Assembly (NCBI GenBank): GCA_045580585.1
Contig: JAZNOD010000053.1
Location: forward strand, 1 to 41,291
Origin: Eubacteriales bacterium
GTDB taxonomy: Bacteria > Bacillota > Clostridia > Oscillospirales > CAG-272
Length of the DNA: 41,291 bases
Direction: 5' to 3'
How positions within the stretch are numbered: the stretch's first letter is position 1; each line of letters opens with the position of its first letter. Shown here piece by piece: positions 8,506 through 18,915 of this stretch. The notes below the pieces were generated by a model, which had not been told where the DNA came from, ran no database searches, and saw only the letters and a program-made list of their open reading frames with translations. The position numbers and the translations under genes are program-made.

Positions 8506-9525
8506 TTAAAGGTTTATTATGCTAAGTGCAGCTTTTAATTTGAGGATTCGGTAAACGGATTCGTCTATCCTTTCCTCGGTTATCTCTGCATTGTTTACAG
8601 CATCTATTATTGCCTCAATCTGTTCGGGGTAAGAGGTACAGCAAAGCATATCGTTGCCCGCTGTAACAGCCATAACCGCGGCAGAATCCTCACCTACAAA
8701 GCGCGTGATTCCGCCCATATCGAGGGAATCTGTCATAATAACTCCATTAAATCCCAAATCCTCTCTGATGAGCCTATGTGCTGCGGGAGAGAGGGACTCC
8801 GGGGTAGTGGGGTCGATTCCTCTGACGATATTATGCGCAACCATGATTATTCCCGCCCCCGCTTCAATACCCGCGCGGAATGGGAAAATATCAGCCTTCA
8901 TAAGATCTTCAAGACTTCTGTCATCATGGGCAACAAACTGATGCGTGTCAACGTTGTCACCGTACCCCGGAAAATGCTTTATAGAACAGCCGAGATGGCT
9001 TTCGTTCATCTGATTTACAACTGCCGCAACGTATTTACAGGTCGTTTCCACGTCCTGACCGAGAGTTCTGTGGTGAATATAATTTTCGTGGCTGTACGTC
9101 ATATCGCACACGGGAGCAAAATTGAGATTAAAGCCGAGATCAAGCAAAAACGCCGCCTTTTCCTTAGTATCCGCAACGCATCTTTCAATACCGCCCTCGG
9201 CGTAAAGCGCGGACGGTGACTTGAAGGTCTCGTGACGAAACTGCGGATAGCGCGATATTCTGCAAACTCTGCCGCCTTCCTCATCAACAGCCATAAAAAG
9301 CGGTATTTTTGATTTTGCCTGCTGTGCTCTGACATCGGCACGAATGCTTTCGGGAGTTTCATTCTCAAAATTCTCCGCATACCAGGTAAAACCGCCAAGA
9401 TGGTATTTTTCAACAGCCTCGCTTCTATTGTATCTGCCGTCGGTTGGGTATCTGACGATAAACATCTGACCGACCTTTTCGCGAAGCGTCATATTTGAAA
9501 TAATACCTTTTATTTTTTCGTCCAT
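8506..9525 (-). CDS. Glycoside hydrolase family 3, NagZ-like beta-N-acetylhexosaminidase
   Basis: MTLREKVGQ, AVDEEGGRV, NFAPVCD, KHFPGYGDNVDTH, MVAH, IMTDSLDM. Start placed at ATG 9525 after GGAGG; no signal peptide seen. Confidence 0.85.
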   Translation of the reverse strand: MDEKIKGIISNMTLREKVGQMFIVRYPTDGRYNRSEAVEKYHLGGFTWYAENFENETPESIRADVRAQQAKSKIPLFMAVDEEGGRVCRISRYPQFRHETFKSPSALYAEGGIERCVADTKEKAAFLLDLGFNLNFAPVCDMTYSHENYIHHRTLGQDVETTCKYVAAVVNQMNESHLGCSIKHFPGYGDNVDTHQFVAHDDRSLEDLMKADIFPFRAGIEAGAGIIMVAHNIVRGIDPTTPESLSPAAHRLIREDLGFNGVIMTDSLDMGGITRFVGEDSAAVMAVTAGNDMLCCTSYPEQIEAIIDAVNNAEITEERIDESVYRILKLKAALSIINL

Positions 9526-9529
9526 ATTG

Positions 9530-10279
9530 TCAATTCCTCCGAAACGCAAGCTTCATAGCAAACGACATCTTACCGTCAGCAACAACCGAGCCTTTGTATA
9601 TTACCGCATCGCCCGTAAGCGCGCGCTCCATATTGAAATGCATTCCATCGGTAAGCTCCGAAGTGAACCACACATCAAGTCTGGCAAGCTCTCCAAGTCT
9701 TCCTCTCTCTGCATCCGTCATTGCGTCGTAAACATACTCACCGTAATGGGTATTATTTACGTGTCCCACTCCGTCTATCATGCTCGGGCGCACTTTGCGC
9801 TCCTCTACAAGTTCAAAGCTCTCCTTGCAAATAAATCTACGGTTTATCTCAAGTAAACACTCGCCACTGCCGATATCGGCAAGGGCGATCTTTGACCTAT
9901 CCATGCAGAGCTTTCGGTCCGCGGTAAAAAAGAGGGCGGACAGCGTTGCTCCAACGCAGAGTTGGTTACCATTTTCGTCAAGTATTTCAAAATCTCGTCT
10001 GAAATACGGAGGGAGCGTTTGAGAATGCCAGGTGCGGGCGGTTAGCTTCATATTCGGACTTATATGGCGCTTTATCTCAAGTGCCATATAAAGCAGTATC
10101 CACGAGAGTCCATGCTTTTCCATAAAAGCCTTTTCCCCCATTTCAATACTGTCAAGATGCTCCTCGATCATATTTATCACCATTCGCTGATACGCACTCG
10201 GAACAAGCTCTCCCTCGGCGTTATACATTGAAATGTCGATATGAATATCGTGAAGCATTTCTCTTTCGTTAATTTCCAT
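9530..10279 (-). CDS. Acyl-ACP thioesterase family protein (double hot-dog fold)
   Basis: 249 aa; WIL, TW and RRDFEI in the N-domain; catalytic-region motif IDGVGHVNNTHY. Confidence 0.82.
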   Translation of the reverse strand: MEINEREMLHDIHIDISMYNAEGELVPSAYQRMVINMIEEHLDSIEMGEKAFMEKHGLSWILLYMALEIKRHISPNMKLTARTWHSQTLPPYFRRDFEILDENGNQLCVGATLSALFFTADRKLCMDRSKIALADIGSGECLLEINRRFICKESFELVEERKVRPSMIDGVGHVNNTHYGEYVYDAMTDAERGRLGELARLDVWFTSELTDGMHFNMERALTGDAVIYKGSVVADGKMSFAMKLAFRRN

Positions 10280-10287
10280 TATAATCC

Positions 10288-13200
10288 TTAAAACAAATCA
10301 AACATTGATATTTGGTCGGTCTCGGAGAGTCCGTCAAACGCGCCGTTGGCGCGAAGGATCTCCATTACCGATTTGTTGACCTTTGCTCTCTCCCGTACGT
10401 CCTCTACGGAGAAGAATGGCTCTTCATCTCTTGCCTGAGCTATGCTTATTGCGGCGTTAACGCCAAGCCCGGGAAGCGAACTGAGTGGCATTCGAATGTT
10501 TCCGCCTTCGGGCAAAAACTCCTTTGCATCGGAATATTTAAGGCTGACGGGCAAGAATCTGATACCGCGCATTATCGCCTCGTTAGCAAGCTGAAGCGCT
10601 GAGAAGGTCGCCTTATCCTTTTGCGTGGCGTCCTTTCCAAGCCCCTCGATTCTTTGCATTTCCGCAAGCATATATTCACGTCCTCTTGATACTATCTGAC
10701 CGTCAAAGCCATCCGGCGCAACCGTAAGAATAGAGCAATAAAACGCAACAGGCTCATGTACCTTGTACCACGCAAGTCGGATCGCCGACATAACGTATGC
10801 GGCGGCGTGTGCCTTCGGGAACATATACTTAATCTTTTGCAGGGAATCTATATACCATTGCGGAACGCCGACGGCGTGCATAGCATCCTGCATTTCGTCG
10901 GGTATCCTGATACCCTTTTTATTTTTACGAACGAACTCCATTATCTTAAACGACAACAGCTTATCAACGCCGTAGCGAATAAGGTCAAGCATAATACCGT
11001 CGCGCGTTCCGACAACCTCGGAAATGGTGCAAACGCCGTCCTTGATAAGATCCTGCGCGTTGCCGAGCCAAACGTCCGTACCGTGCGTAAGTCCCGATAT
11101 CTGCATAAGGTCGGCAAAGTTTTTGGGCTTTGCATCCATAAGAACCCCTTGAATAAAGTTAGTGCCAAACTCGGGAAGTCCGAGGGTCCCGACGGACAGA
11201 CCGAGCATTTTTGTCTTGCGGTCTTCCCTGTCCATTTGCGGAATGCCGAGAGAGTCGGTTGACTCAAATATAGCGTAAACGCTCGGATCGTTCATCGCCA
11301 CATCCATGACCGAAATACCGCTATACTTTTCAAGCATCTTATACTTCGTCGGAATATCGTGTCCAAGCTCATCAAGCTTGAGTATGGTGTCGTGAAGATA
11401 CGAGAACGCAAAGTGCGTTGTTACGATATCAGACTTCGGGTCGTCCGCGGGGTGCTGAACGGGGGTGAAATCGTAGACCTCATACTCTCGCGGAACGACT
11501 ATGATTCCGCCCGGATGCTGTCCCGTGGTGCGCTTAACGCCCATACAGCAAGTAATGATACGGTCTATCTCCGCACGGCAAAGGGAGCGTCCCTTGCTCT
11601 CGTAGTATTTCATTACGAAGCCAAAGGCGGTCTTGTCCGCGAGCGTTCCAAGCGTTCCCGCGCGGAAAACGTTCTCCGCACCGAAAAGCTCCTCAGTAAA
11701 TTTATGCACCTTGCCCTGAACGTCGCCCGAGAAGTTAAGGTCTATATCAGGGGACTTATCTCCTTTAAATCCCAAGAATGTTTCAAAGGGAATGTCCTGA
11801 CCGTCCTGCTCAAGCTTTTCGCCGCAAACGGGGCAATATGCCGTGGGCAGATCAAATCCGGAGCCTACTCGGTTGGGATTTGAAAAATCATTGTACTGAC
11901 ATTTTTTGCAGTAATAGTGCGGCGGAAGCGGATTTACCTCGGATATACCCGCCATTGTAGCAACGAAGGACGAGCCGACAGAGCCGCGCGAGCCAACGAG
12001 ATATCCCTGACTTTCACTATATTTTACAAGTCTTTCCGCAATTATGTAAAGCACCGCAAAGCCGTGCTTGATAATAGATTCAAGCTCGGTCTCAAGTCGG
12101 TTTTTTACAAGCTCGGGCAGATCCTCGCCATACATGGCGCGAGCTCTCGCCCAGCACTTTTCACGCAGCTCATCATCAGAGCCTTCGATGTGCGGAGTGA
12201 ACGTACCCGGCGGTATTGGGCGTATGCGCTCAATACTGTCAGCTATATCGTTTGAGTTTTTAACGACTATCTCGTAAGCCTTTTCAGAGCCGAGATATGA
12301 GAATTCCTCAAGCATCTGGTCAGTCGTTCGCCAGAATATCGGAGTAGGCTTGTCCGTGTCCTTGAACTTCATTCCCGCAAGAAGTATCCTGCGGTATATT
12401 TCATCCTCGGGATCAACGAAATGCGCATCAGATGTGGCAACAACAGGCTTGCCAAGCTTTTCGCCAAGAGCGCATATCTTTCTGTTTATATCGCGCAGAT
12501 CCTCGTCGCTCTCAACGGTTCCTTCTGCTACAAGGTATCCGTCGTTTGCAATAGGCTGTACCTCAAGATAGTCGTAATACGATGCGATATCCTCAAGCTC
12601 CGTATCGGACTTACTGTCAAGTATCGCGGAATAGAGCTCGCCCGCGGAGCAAGCAGAGCCGATGATAAGTCCTTCGCGGTACTTATCAAGCTGTGTTTTT
12701 GGGATACGCGGATTTCTGTGATAATAGTTTAGATAACTCATGGAAATAAGGCGGTAAAGGTTCTTGAGTCCCGTCTTATTCTTAACGAGGATTATCAGAT
12801 GATACGGTTTTAATTTAAGCGGATCTGCGTTAGCTTGGACTTCGCGCGTCATATCAGCGAAGGTATTAAGCTCGAACTTGCGCATCTTTTCTACCATGCA
12901 GAAATATATTTCCGCAAGTATTGCCGCGTCATCAACGGCACGGTGATGGTGGAAATCGGCAAGTCCAAAATACTTTGCTACAACGTCGAGCTTGTGGCTC
13001 TTAAGGTCGGTGTTTAAAAAGCGCGAAAGTCCTACCGTGTCAAGGTACGGATTTTTAAATTCATATCCGAGTCTTGCACATTCGGCGCGGATAAAGCTTG
13101 TATCAAAGTCCGCATTATGCGCAACAAGCAAACAACCATCAATAAAATCAAGAAATTTAGGCAGTATCTCCTCGATCTTCGGCGCACCCGCTACGTCCTC

Positions 13201-14751
13201 GTTTGTAATTGAGGTAAGGTTTGTTATCTCCTCGGAAATTGGCGTTTCAGGGTCAACAAAAGTTGAAAAGCGATCTATGACCTTGCCGTCCTTGACCTTG
13301 ACAGCTCCTATTTCTATGATCTTGCATGTCTTTGCGGAAAGTCCCGTTGTTTCAAGGTCAAAAATAACAGTTTCTCTGTCAAAATCACCGTCATACTTAC
13401 CGTAAAGGGGACTTGCCGTATCGTTTACAAAATACGCCTCCATACCGTAAAGCACTTTGAAGCGCTCTTCCTCGGGGATTTCACAATCTCTGCCATATAT
13501 TTTTTCAAGCGTGAGCATAGCATCGGGAAATCCCTGAACGTTTCCGTGGTCGGTAATGGCTACCGCACGATGTCCCCATTTCATTGCCGTCTTTATCGCA
13601 ACGTCGGGAGCTATCAGCGCATCCATAGCAGACATATTGGTGTGCAGATGGAGCTCCACTCGTTTTTCGGGAGCATTATCCTTGCGCGCAAATTTTTTTA
13701 TAGCCGCAAAGGATTTGGGTTCAAGATACATGTCCCCCGATTTTACGTCCTTCTTTACGTCACCGTACGCCGCAAGACATTTACCGTTTGGGAACTGTCC
13801 CGCTATCTCTCCCGCTTCTTCCTCGGAACAGAAAGGAAAGCGCACAAGCATCGTAGCATTTGAGTCAAACAAGCCAAACGTTACGAGGAATTTGCCCTTG
13901 AATCTGTCCTCACTCTTACAATTGCAAACCGTGCCGAGAATAACGGCGTTACGTTTGCCCATGCGTATGGTAGAAATCGAATCGGGAGTTATCTTAAATT
14001 CCTCCCCGTAGAAGTATTCGGGGGTGGATATATCAAAGCTCGTTGAGCCTATCGTACAAACTCCGTCCTCAATTATCGCAATTGCGTTCTCGTCGTACGG
14101 TGACCACAGTCTTTCAAGGTCCGGCTTATCGTTTGCGACACTATCCTCGCCTGCGTCATCAGCACGTTGAGTTTCTCTTGTATCATAGCTTTCAAGAGCT
14201 TGCTTGCATTTTTTGTCAAGCTCCGCCTTGAAGCTTTTGGCGGCTTCACTTTCGAAATAAGAAAGTGCGTCGCCGCTCTCCTTTATCTCGACTTTTACGG
14301 AAAGTCCAAACTCACTCTTTATTATTTTGGAGATAAGAGACTCCGTTTTTCCCAGCATGAGAAAATCAACTCCGCCCTGTCCAAAGCGAATGGTTATGCT
14401 AATAGCATCACCGCACAGCGAATACTCACAGCCTGTGAAAAAACCGCGCGCGAGACCGCCGATCCTTTCCGTTTCGGCGATAAGCTCTTTTATATAATCG
14501 TAGCCGAAAAGCGACTGCGGATATTTTGGCATAAAGCGCACAAGGTACTGCCCCTCATATGCGTCTCTTATTCCCTCCTCGGTCTCGTAAATGACAGACT
14601 TTGGCACTATGGAGTCCATTGTAATATCTATCTCGAAAAACTCGCGTCTCTCATTTGAACGGCGGACGGTGTATTCACGAACCGAATCGAGAAAATCGCC
14701 GCATCTGTCAGCGGGGGAATATTTAGTAAAAAGCTCTCGTAAGGTTTTCAT
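10288..14751 (-). CDS. polC: DNA polymerase III PolC-type
   Basis: PHP motifs VELHLHTNMS and AITDHG, inserted exonuclease (FDLETTG, AHNADFD, HHRAVDDA), GSRGSVGSS, CKKC..CPVC Zn finger, PDIDLNFSG, RTTGQHPGG. Confidence 0.98.
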   Translation of the reverse strand: MKTLRELFTKYSPADRCGDFLDSVREYTVRRSNERREFFEIDITMDSIVPKSVIYETEEGIRDAYEGQYLVRFMPKYPQSLFGYDYIKELIAETERIGGLARGFFTGCEYSLCGDAISITIRFGQGGVDFLMLGKTESLISKIIKSEFGLSVKVEIKESGDALSYFESEAAKSFKAELDKKCKQALESYDTRETQRADDAGEDSVANDKPDLERLWSPYDENAIAIIEDGVCTIGSTSFDISTPEYFYGEEFKITPDSISTIRMGKRNAVILGTVCNCKSEDRFKGKFLVTFGLFDSNATMLVRFPFCSEEEAGEIAGQFPNGKCLAAYGDVKKDVKSGDMYLEPKSFAAIKKFARKDNAPEKRVELHLHTNMSAMDALIAPDVAIKTAMKWGHRAVAITDHGNVQGFPDAMLTLEKIYGRDCEIPEEERFKVLYGMEAYFVNDTASPLYGKYDGDFDRETVIFDLETTGLSAKTCKIIEIGAVKVKDGKVIDRFSTFVDPETPISEEITNLTSITNEDVAGAPKIEEILPKFLDFIDGCLLVAHNADFDTSFIRAECARLGYEFKNPYLDTVGLSRFLNTDLKSHKLDVVAKYFGLADFHHHRAVDDAAILAEIYFCMVEKMRKFELNTFADMTREVQANADPLKLKPYHLIILVKNKTGLKNLYRLISMSYLNYYHRNPRIPKTQLDKYREGLIIGSACSAGELYSAILDSKSDTELEDIASYYDYLEVQPIANDGYLVAEGTVESDEDLRDINRKICALGEKLGKPVVATSDAHFVDPEDEIYRRILLAGMKFKDTDKPTPIFWRTTDQMLEEFSYLGSEKAYEIVVKNSNDIADSIERIRPIPPGTFTPHIEGSDDELREKCWARARAMYGEDLPELVKNRLETELESIIKHGFAVLYIIAERLVKYSESQGYLVGSRGSVGSSFVATMAGISEVNPLPPHYYCKKCQYNDFSNPNRVGSGFDLPTAYCPVCGEKLEQDGQDIPFETFLGFKGDKSPDIDLNFSGDVQGKVHKFTEELFGAENVFRAGTLGTLADKTAFGFVMKYYESKGRSLCRAEIDRIITCCMGVKRTTGQHPGGIIVVPREYEVYDFTPVQHPADDPKSDIVTTHFAFSYLHDTILKLDELGHDIPTKYKMLEKYSGISVMDVAMNDPSVYAIFESTDSLGIPQMDREDRKTKMLGLSVGTLGLPEFGTNFIQGVLMDAKPKNFADLMQISGLTHGTDVWLGNAQDLIKDGVCTISEVVGTRDGIMLDLIRYGVDKLLSFKIMEFVRKNKKGIRIPDEMQDAMHAVGVPQWYIDSLQKIKYMFPKAHAAAYVMSAIRLAWYKVHEPVAFYCSILTVAPDGFDGQIVSRGREYMLAEMQRIEGLGKDATQKDKATFSALQLANEAIMRGIRFLPVSLKYSDAKEFLPEGGNIRMPLSSLPGLGVNAAISIAQARDEEPFFSVEDVRERAKVNKSVMEILRANGAFDGLSETDQISMFDLF

Positions 14752-14771
14752 TATATTTCAAAACCAAACGC

Positions 14772-15845
14772 TTACTTGAGAAAATTCTCCTTTATATAGG
14801 AAATAAGCGTTGGAATTATCTCATCCTCATTAATTTTTTTAATCGTCTCACCGCGCGCAAAGAGTAAAGCCTCGCCCTTGCCGCCTGCTATACCTACATC
14901 CGCTTCTCTCGCCTCGCCGGGACCGTTCACAACGCATCCCATAAGCGCAACCTTTATCGGCAAGTGAGTAAGTCCCTGCGTCCTTGCGGCATCCTCAAAT
15001 GCTGATACAAGCGGCACAAGGTCTATCTTCGTTCTTCCGCAGGTCGGACAGGACACCACGTCCATTCCCTCGTATCCCTCACATCCGAGAGAGCGAAGAA
15101 TATCCTTGGCGGCTCTTACCTCCTCGGTGGGTTCCTCGGTAAGCGAGATGCGCACCGTATCACCAATGCCCGAGCTGATGAGTGAGCCCAACGCGGCGGC
15201 GTTTTTGATAATACCCATCCTGCTGCTTCCCGCCTCGGTAACTCCTATGTGGAGAGGATACTCGCAACGCTCCGCAACGTATCTGCAGGCGGCGATAGCA
15301 GAAGAAACGTCTGACGATTTGACCGAAATAACTATATCGTCAAAATCAAACTTGTTGAGCAGGCGTATATGTCCCGCCGCACTTTCAAAAAGTGCCTCTG
15401 GGGTTGGTGCGCCATATTTGGCAAGAAGATGCTTTTCAAGAGAGCCGCCGTTGACGCCTATCCTTATGGGGATATTTCTCTCACGGCACGCGGCGCACAC
15501 GGCGCGCACTCTCTCCTCGTCACCGATGTTGCCCGGGTTTATGCGTATCTTATCAATGCCGTACTCGGCGCATTTAAGTGCTATTCTATAATCAAAATGA
15601 ATATCCGCAACAAGTGGCATTTCGGGTACATGATTCTTTATATCCCTTACCGTTTCTGCTGCCTCTATATCCGGAACAGCTATGCGAACGATATCGCATC
15701 CCGCATTTTTAAGCGAGAGTATCTGCGCCACGGTAGCCTTGGCATCATGGGTGTCGGTATTGGTCATAGACTGCACGGAGATCTTTGCTCCGCCGCCTAT
15801 TTTTACGTTGCCTACCATAACGCCCCTTGTACTTCTGCGAACCAT
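14772..15845 (-). CDS. ispG: 4-hydroxy-3-methylbut-2-enyl diphosphate synthase
   Basis: VQSMTNT, ADIHFDY, RINPGNIG, RIGVNGGSL, HIGVTEAG, SCPTCGRT, MGCVVNGPGEA. Confidence 0.97.
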   Translation of the reverse strand: MVRRSTRGVMVGNVKIGGGAKISVQSMTNTDTHDAKATVAQILSLKNAGCDIVRIAVPDIEAAETVRDIKNHVPEMPLVADIHFDYRIALKCAEYGIDKIRINPGNIGDEERVRAVCAACRERNIPIRIGVNGGSLEKHLLAKYGAPTPEALFESAAGHIRLLNKFDFDDIVISVKSSDVSSAIAACRYVAERCEYPLHIGVTEAGSSRMGIIKNAAALGSLISSGIGDTVRISLTEEPTEEVRAAKDILRSLGCEGYEGMDVVSCPTCGRTKIDLVPLVSAFEDAARTQGLTHLPIKVALMGCVVNGPGEAREADVGIAGGKGEALLFARGETIKKINEDEIIPTLISYIKENFLK

Positions 15846-15865
15846 TTCTTATCTCCTTTGATAAA

Positions 15866-16903
15866 CTAAAATAGATTTATTATATCCTTTATTCCGACAA
15901 GGATTATCAATCCAAACAACAGCATTACGAAGATGGCGTTGATATACCCCTCAAGCTCTCGATTAAGGTGCTTTCCCGTTACGGCTTCGATAATAAGGAA
16001 GAATAACCTACCGCCGTCAAGTCCGGGTATGGGTAAAAAGTTCATTACTCCGAGATTAATCGAAAGCAGTGCCAACAGATATACGAGGCTCTGTATCGGG
16101 AACGCGCTTTTTGTTGCTTCTCCAACCACCTCGGCAACGCCTATCGGTCCGGAGATACTCTGCAAACCAAAGCGTCCCGTGAAAATCCCCTTGAGTGAAT
16201 CCCACACCATTTTTACGGTTGAAACAGAACGCCAGAAGGAATGGTAGATAACGTTTCCAAAGCTCTTTTCAGCCGCTAAAACATAAAAATCATACTGACC
16301 GAATTTTGCTCCCGAATCCTCGAAGGTGGGAAAAGACACATCATCAAGGACAACAGTATTACCGTCCCTGATAACCGTTATATCAATGGGCTCGTATCCC
16401 TGGTTCATTATCTCGTAGGTAAGCTCGTTTCCCGTGTGAACTCTTGTTGAGCCGACCTTAATGACCTCGTCGCCTGCCATAAGCTTGACGTTGCTGACCG
16501 CGCCCTCCGCGGCGAAGCTGTGTATCTCGGTAGATGCAAGCTTTGCTCCCATAGAAACGAGAACGGTCATGCAAAGGAAACCGACAAGAAGGTTTACCGC
16601 AGGACCTGCAAAAACAGTGGATATCCTGCGCCAAACGTTTTTCTTTAAAAAGGAATTTGGATCTTCAGACTCGCTATCCTCACCCTCCATGCTTACGTAT
16701 CCGCCGATGGGCAAGACGCGAATGGAATAGCGGATGCCGCTTTTCTTTGAAACGCGCGAGAATATCTTTGGGCCCATGCCTATCGCAAACTCGTTTACGG
16801 TAATACCGTTGAGCCTTGCTATAAGAAAATGTCCTCCCTCGTGCAGTGTCACAAGCACTCCAAAGAGAAGAAGCGTTAAAATCAAATAAACAATCGTCAT
16901 CAA
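15866..16903 (-). CDS. rseP: RIP metalloprotease RseP/RasP (M50 family)
   Basis: HEGGH zinc motif, FAIGMGP, PIGGYV, AGP, NFLPIPGLDGG; canonical position after dxr. Confidence 0.93.
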   Translation of the reverse strand: MMTIVYLILTLLLFGVLVTLHEGGHFLIARLNGITVNEFAIGMGPKIFSRVSKKSGIRYSIRVLPIGGYVSMEGEDSESEDPNSFLKKNVWRRISTVFAGPAVNLLVGFLCMTVLVSMGAKLASTEIHSFAAEGAVSNVKLMAGDEVIKVGSTRVHTGNELTYEIMNQGYEPIDITVIRDGNTVVLDDVSFPTFEDSGAKFGQYDFYVLAAEKSFGNVIYHSFWRSVSTVKMVWDSLKGIFTGRFGLQSISGPIGVAEVVGEATKSAFPIQSLVYLLALLSINLGVMNFLPIPGLDGGRLFFLIIEAVTGKHLNRELEGYINAIFVMLLFGLIILVGIKDIINLF

Positions 16904-16921
16904 TAAAATACCTTTCGGCGT

Positions 16922-18088
16922 TTATTTTGTGTCTATAAAATAGGCAGCTCTGCGCCTTGCCTCTCCATCGCACTCCATTATATCCTCAAAAGACGTACAT
17001 TCGCGCGCATACGCCATGTCGCCGCACACACGGCAAAGCGTGTCAAATATACCGAGGAAAGAGAGCTTGCCCTCGATAAAGCGTTCTACCGCAACGTCAT
17101 TTGCGGCGTGAAGAACGGCAGGCGATGCACCTCCTGCGGCAAAAGCCGCTTTCGCAAGCTTCAAAGGAATGAACGTGTCCTCGTCAGGAGTTGCAAAGGT
17201 GAGACTGCCAAGCTTTGTAAGGTCAAGTCTATCTATCACGGCTTGCCGTCTCACGGGGGCTTCCACACCGTACTGTACGCAAAGGCGCATATCGGGCACG
17301 GAGAGCTGTGCTATTACAGAATTATCGCAATATTCCACCATAGAGTGTATGACACTCTCACGGTGAACTATTACATCTATCTTAACTGCGGGAACATCAA
17401 AAAGATGCGCCGCTTCGATAAGCTCAAACCCTTTATTCATGAGCGTGGCACTGTCGATGGTTATCTTCGCCCCCATCTTCCACGTTGGATGCGCGAGCGC
17501 CTGTTCCACCGTTATGACAGCAAGCTCCTCGCGCTTTTTGCCAAAGAACGGCCCTCCCGATGCGGTAAGAATAAGTCTTTTAATTTCGTTTTTCTTTCCG
17601 CTTCTGAGGCATTGTGCTATTGCGCAATGCTCGCTATCAACAGGGGAAATAGTAAGCCCTTTAGCCGCCGCGCGTCGCATAACGATATCGCCTGCTATAA
17701 CAAGAGACTCCTTGTTCGCAAGTGCAAGGCTCATTCCCGTATCGATAACGGCGAGCGTGGGCTCAAGTCCCGACATACCGAGAATTGAGTTCACCGCAAC
17801 GTCAGCATTGGTTTCCGATATCATTTGGCAAATACCGTCGATGCCGGAATAGACTTTTATTTTGGTGTCAGCAAGCCTGAGTTTTAACTCTTCTGCCGCA
17901 TTCTTATCCGACATAGCGGCGGCGCTAACACAAAATTCTCTTGCTTGCGCCTCAACAAGCGCAACATTGGTGTTTGCGCACACAGCCTTCACGTCATAGC
18001 CTTGCGCGCGCGCAACGTCTATTGCCTGAAGCCCTACCGAGCCCGTAGAGCCAAGTATAATAACTGATTTTTTGTTTTCCATATTCAT
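16922..18088 (-). CDS. dxr: 1-deoxy-D-xylulose-5-phosphate reductoisomerase
   Basis: LGSTGSVG, LALANKESL, PVDSEH, LTASGGPF, HPTWKMGAKITIDSATLMNKG. ATG 18088 overlaps the cdsA stop. Confidence 0.96.
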   Translation of the reverse strand: MNMENKKSVIILGSTGSVGLQAIDVARAQGYDVKAVCANTNVALVEAQAREFCVSAAAMSDKNAAEELKLRLADTKIKVYSGIDGICQMISETNADVAVNSILGMSGLEPTLAVIDTGMSLALANKESLVIAGDIVMRRAAAKGLTISPVDSEHCAIAQCLRSGKKNEIKRLILTASGGPFFGKKREELAVITVEQALAHPTWKMGAKITIDSATLMNKGFELIEAAHLFDVPAVKIDVIVHRESVIHSMVEYCDNSVIAQLSVPDMRLCVQYGVEAPVRRQAVIDRLDLTKLGSLTFATPDEDTFIPLKLAKAAFAAGGASPAVLHAANDVAVERFIEGKLSFLGIFDTLCRVCGDMAYARECTSFEDIMECDGEARRRAAYFIDTK

Positions 18089-18912
18089 CACAGCAAATCT
18101 ACACAAGATTCGATAGCGAGAAGTATTACCGCCACCGCAAGCGCTGAATCAAATCTATCAAGCACACCGCCGTGCCCGGGGAATATCTTTCCATAGTCCT
18201 TGATTCCGCGGCTCCGTTTGATCGCAGAGAACATAAGGTCTCCGATTTGCGAAACTATTGCGGCAAGAAGTCCGCCGATAATAAGGGGGATATAATTGAC
18301 GCTGACATCAGAACCGATAAGGTCAAGTATCACGCCGTATACAACGAAGGCAACCGCGCAAAACACCGTACCGCCAATTGCACCTTCGACAGTTTTTTTA
18401 GGGCTTATCTCGGGAATTAGCTTATGCTTTCCAAAAAGCATTCCCGTAAAATAAGCAAATATATCGGTTATCCACGCGCCGATGAAAATAAACATATAAA
18501 CGTATTTTCCCGTATTTGCTATATCTCGCAAAAGCACGATAGCGGCAAACGCCACAGCAACGTAAACACATGCCGTTCCGGCGCCGCCGGCTTGCTCAAG
18601 AGTTATCTTACCCTTTGAGAAGGTGTAAGCCGCCAGCATCCACAAAAAGCAAACGCCTATTGCAACGAATGCATACTGCATAAACTGCCCATCTGTAATA
18701 TATCTTGCGCCAAATGGCAATGCCAACGAAAGAATATATGCGGGAATGGATATAGCTATGTTTTTCTCAAGTCCGAGACAATGGAGCATTTCATACTCGC
18801 CCGCGAAAGCAAAAAGTGCTATCATTATCACAAAAAGCGGTGTATGCGAAAAAATCAGAGTGGGAATAAGAACAGCGGTCAGTGCTGCACCCGTTATTAT
18901 CCTTGTTTTCAT
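18088..18912 (-). CDS. cdsA: Phosphatidate cytidylyltransferase
   Basis: Hydrophobic protein with ISPKKTVEG and GDL..SAIKR..GIKDYG.IFPGHGGVLDRFDS. Confidence 0.95.
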   Translation of the reverse strand: MKTRIITGAALTAVLIPTLIFSHTPLFVIMIALFAFAGEYEMLHCLGLEKNIAISIPAYILSLALPFGARYITDGQFMQYAFVAIGVCFLWMLAAYTFSKGKITLEQAGGAGTACVYVAVAFAAIVLLRDIANTGKYVYMFIFIGAWITDIFAYFTGMLFGKHKLIPEISPKKTVEGAIGGTVFCAVAFVVYGVILDLIGSDVSVNYIPLIIGGLLAAIVSQIGDLMFSAIKRSRGIKDYGKIFPGHGGVLDRFDSALAVAVILLAIESCVDLL

Positions 18913-18915
18913 CGT

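Noticed and set aside
10288-14751. Possible intein or unusual insertion in PolC
   Set aside because: Length and domain order are normal for PolC. No intein or homing-endonuclease motifs were seen, only short loop insertions.
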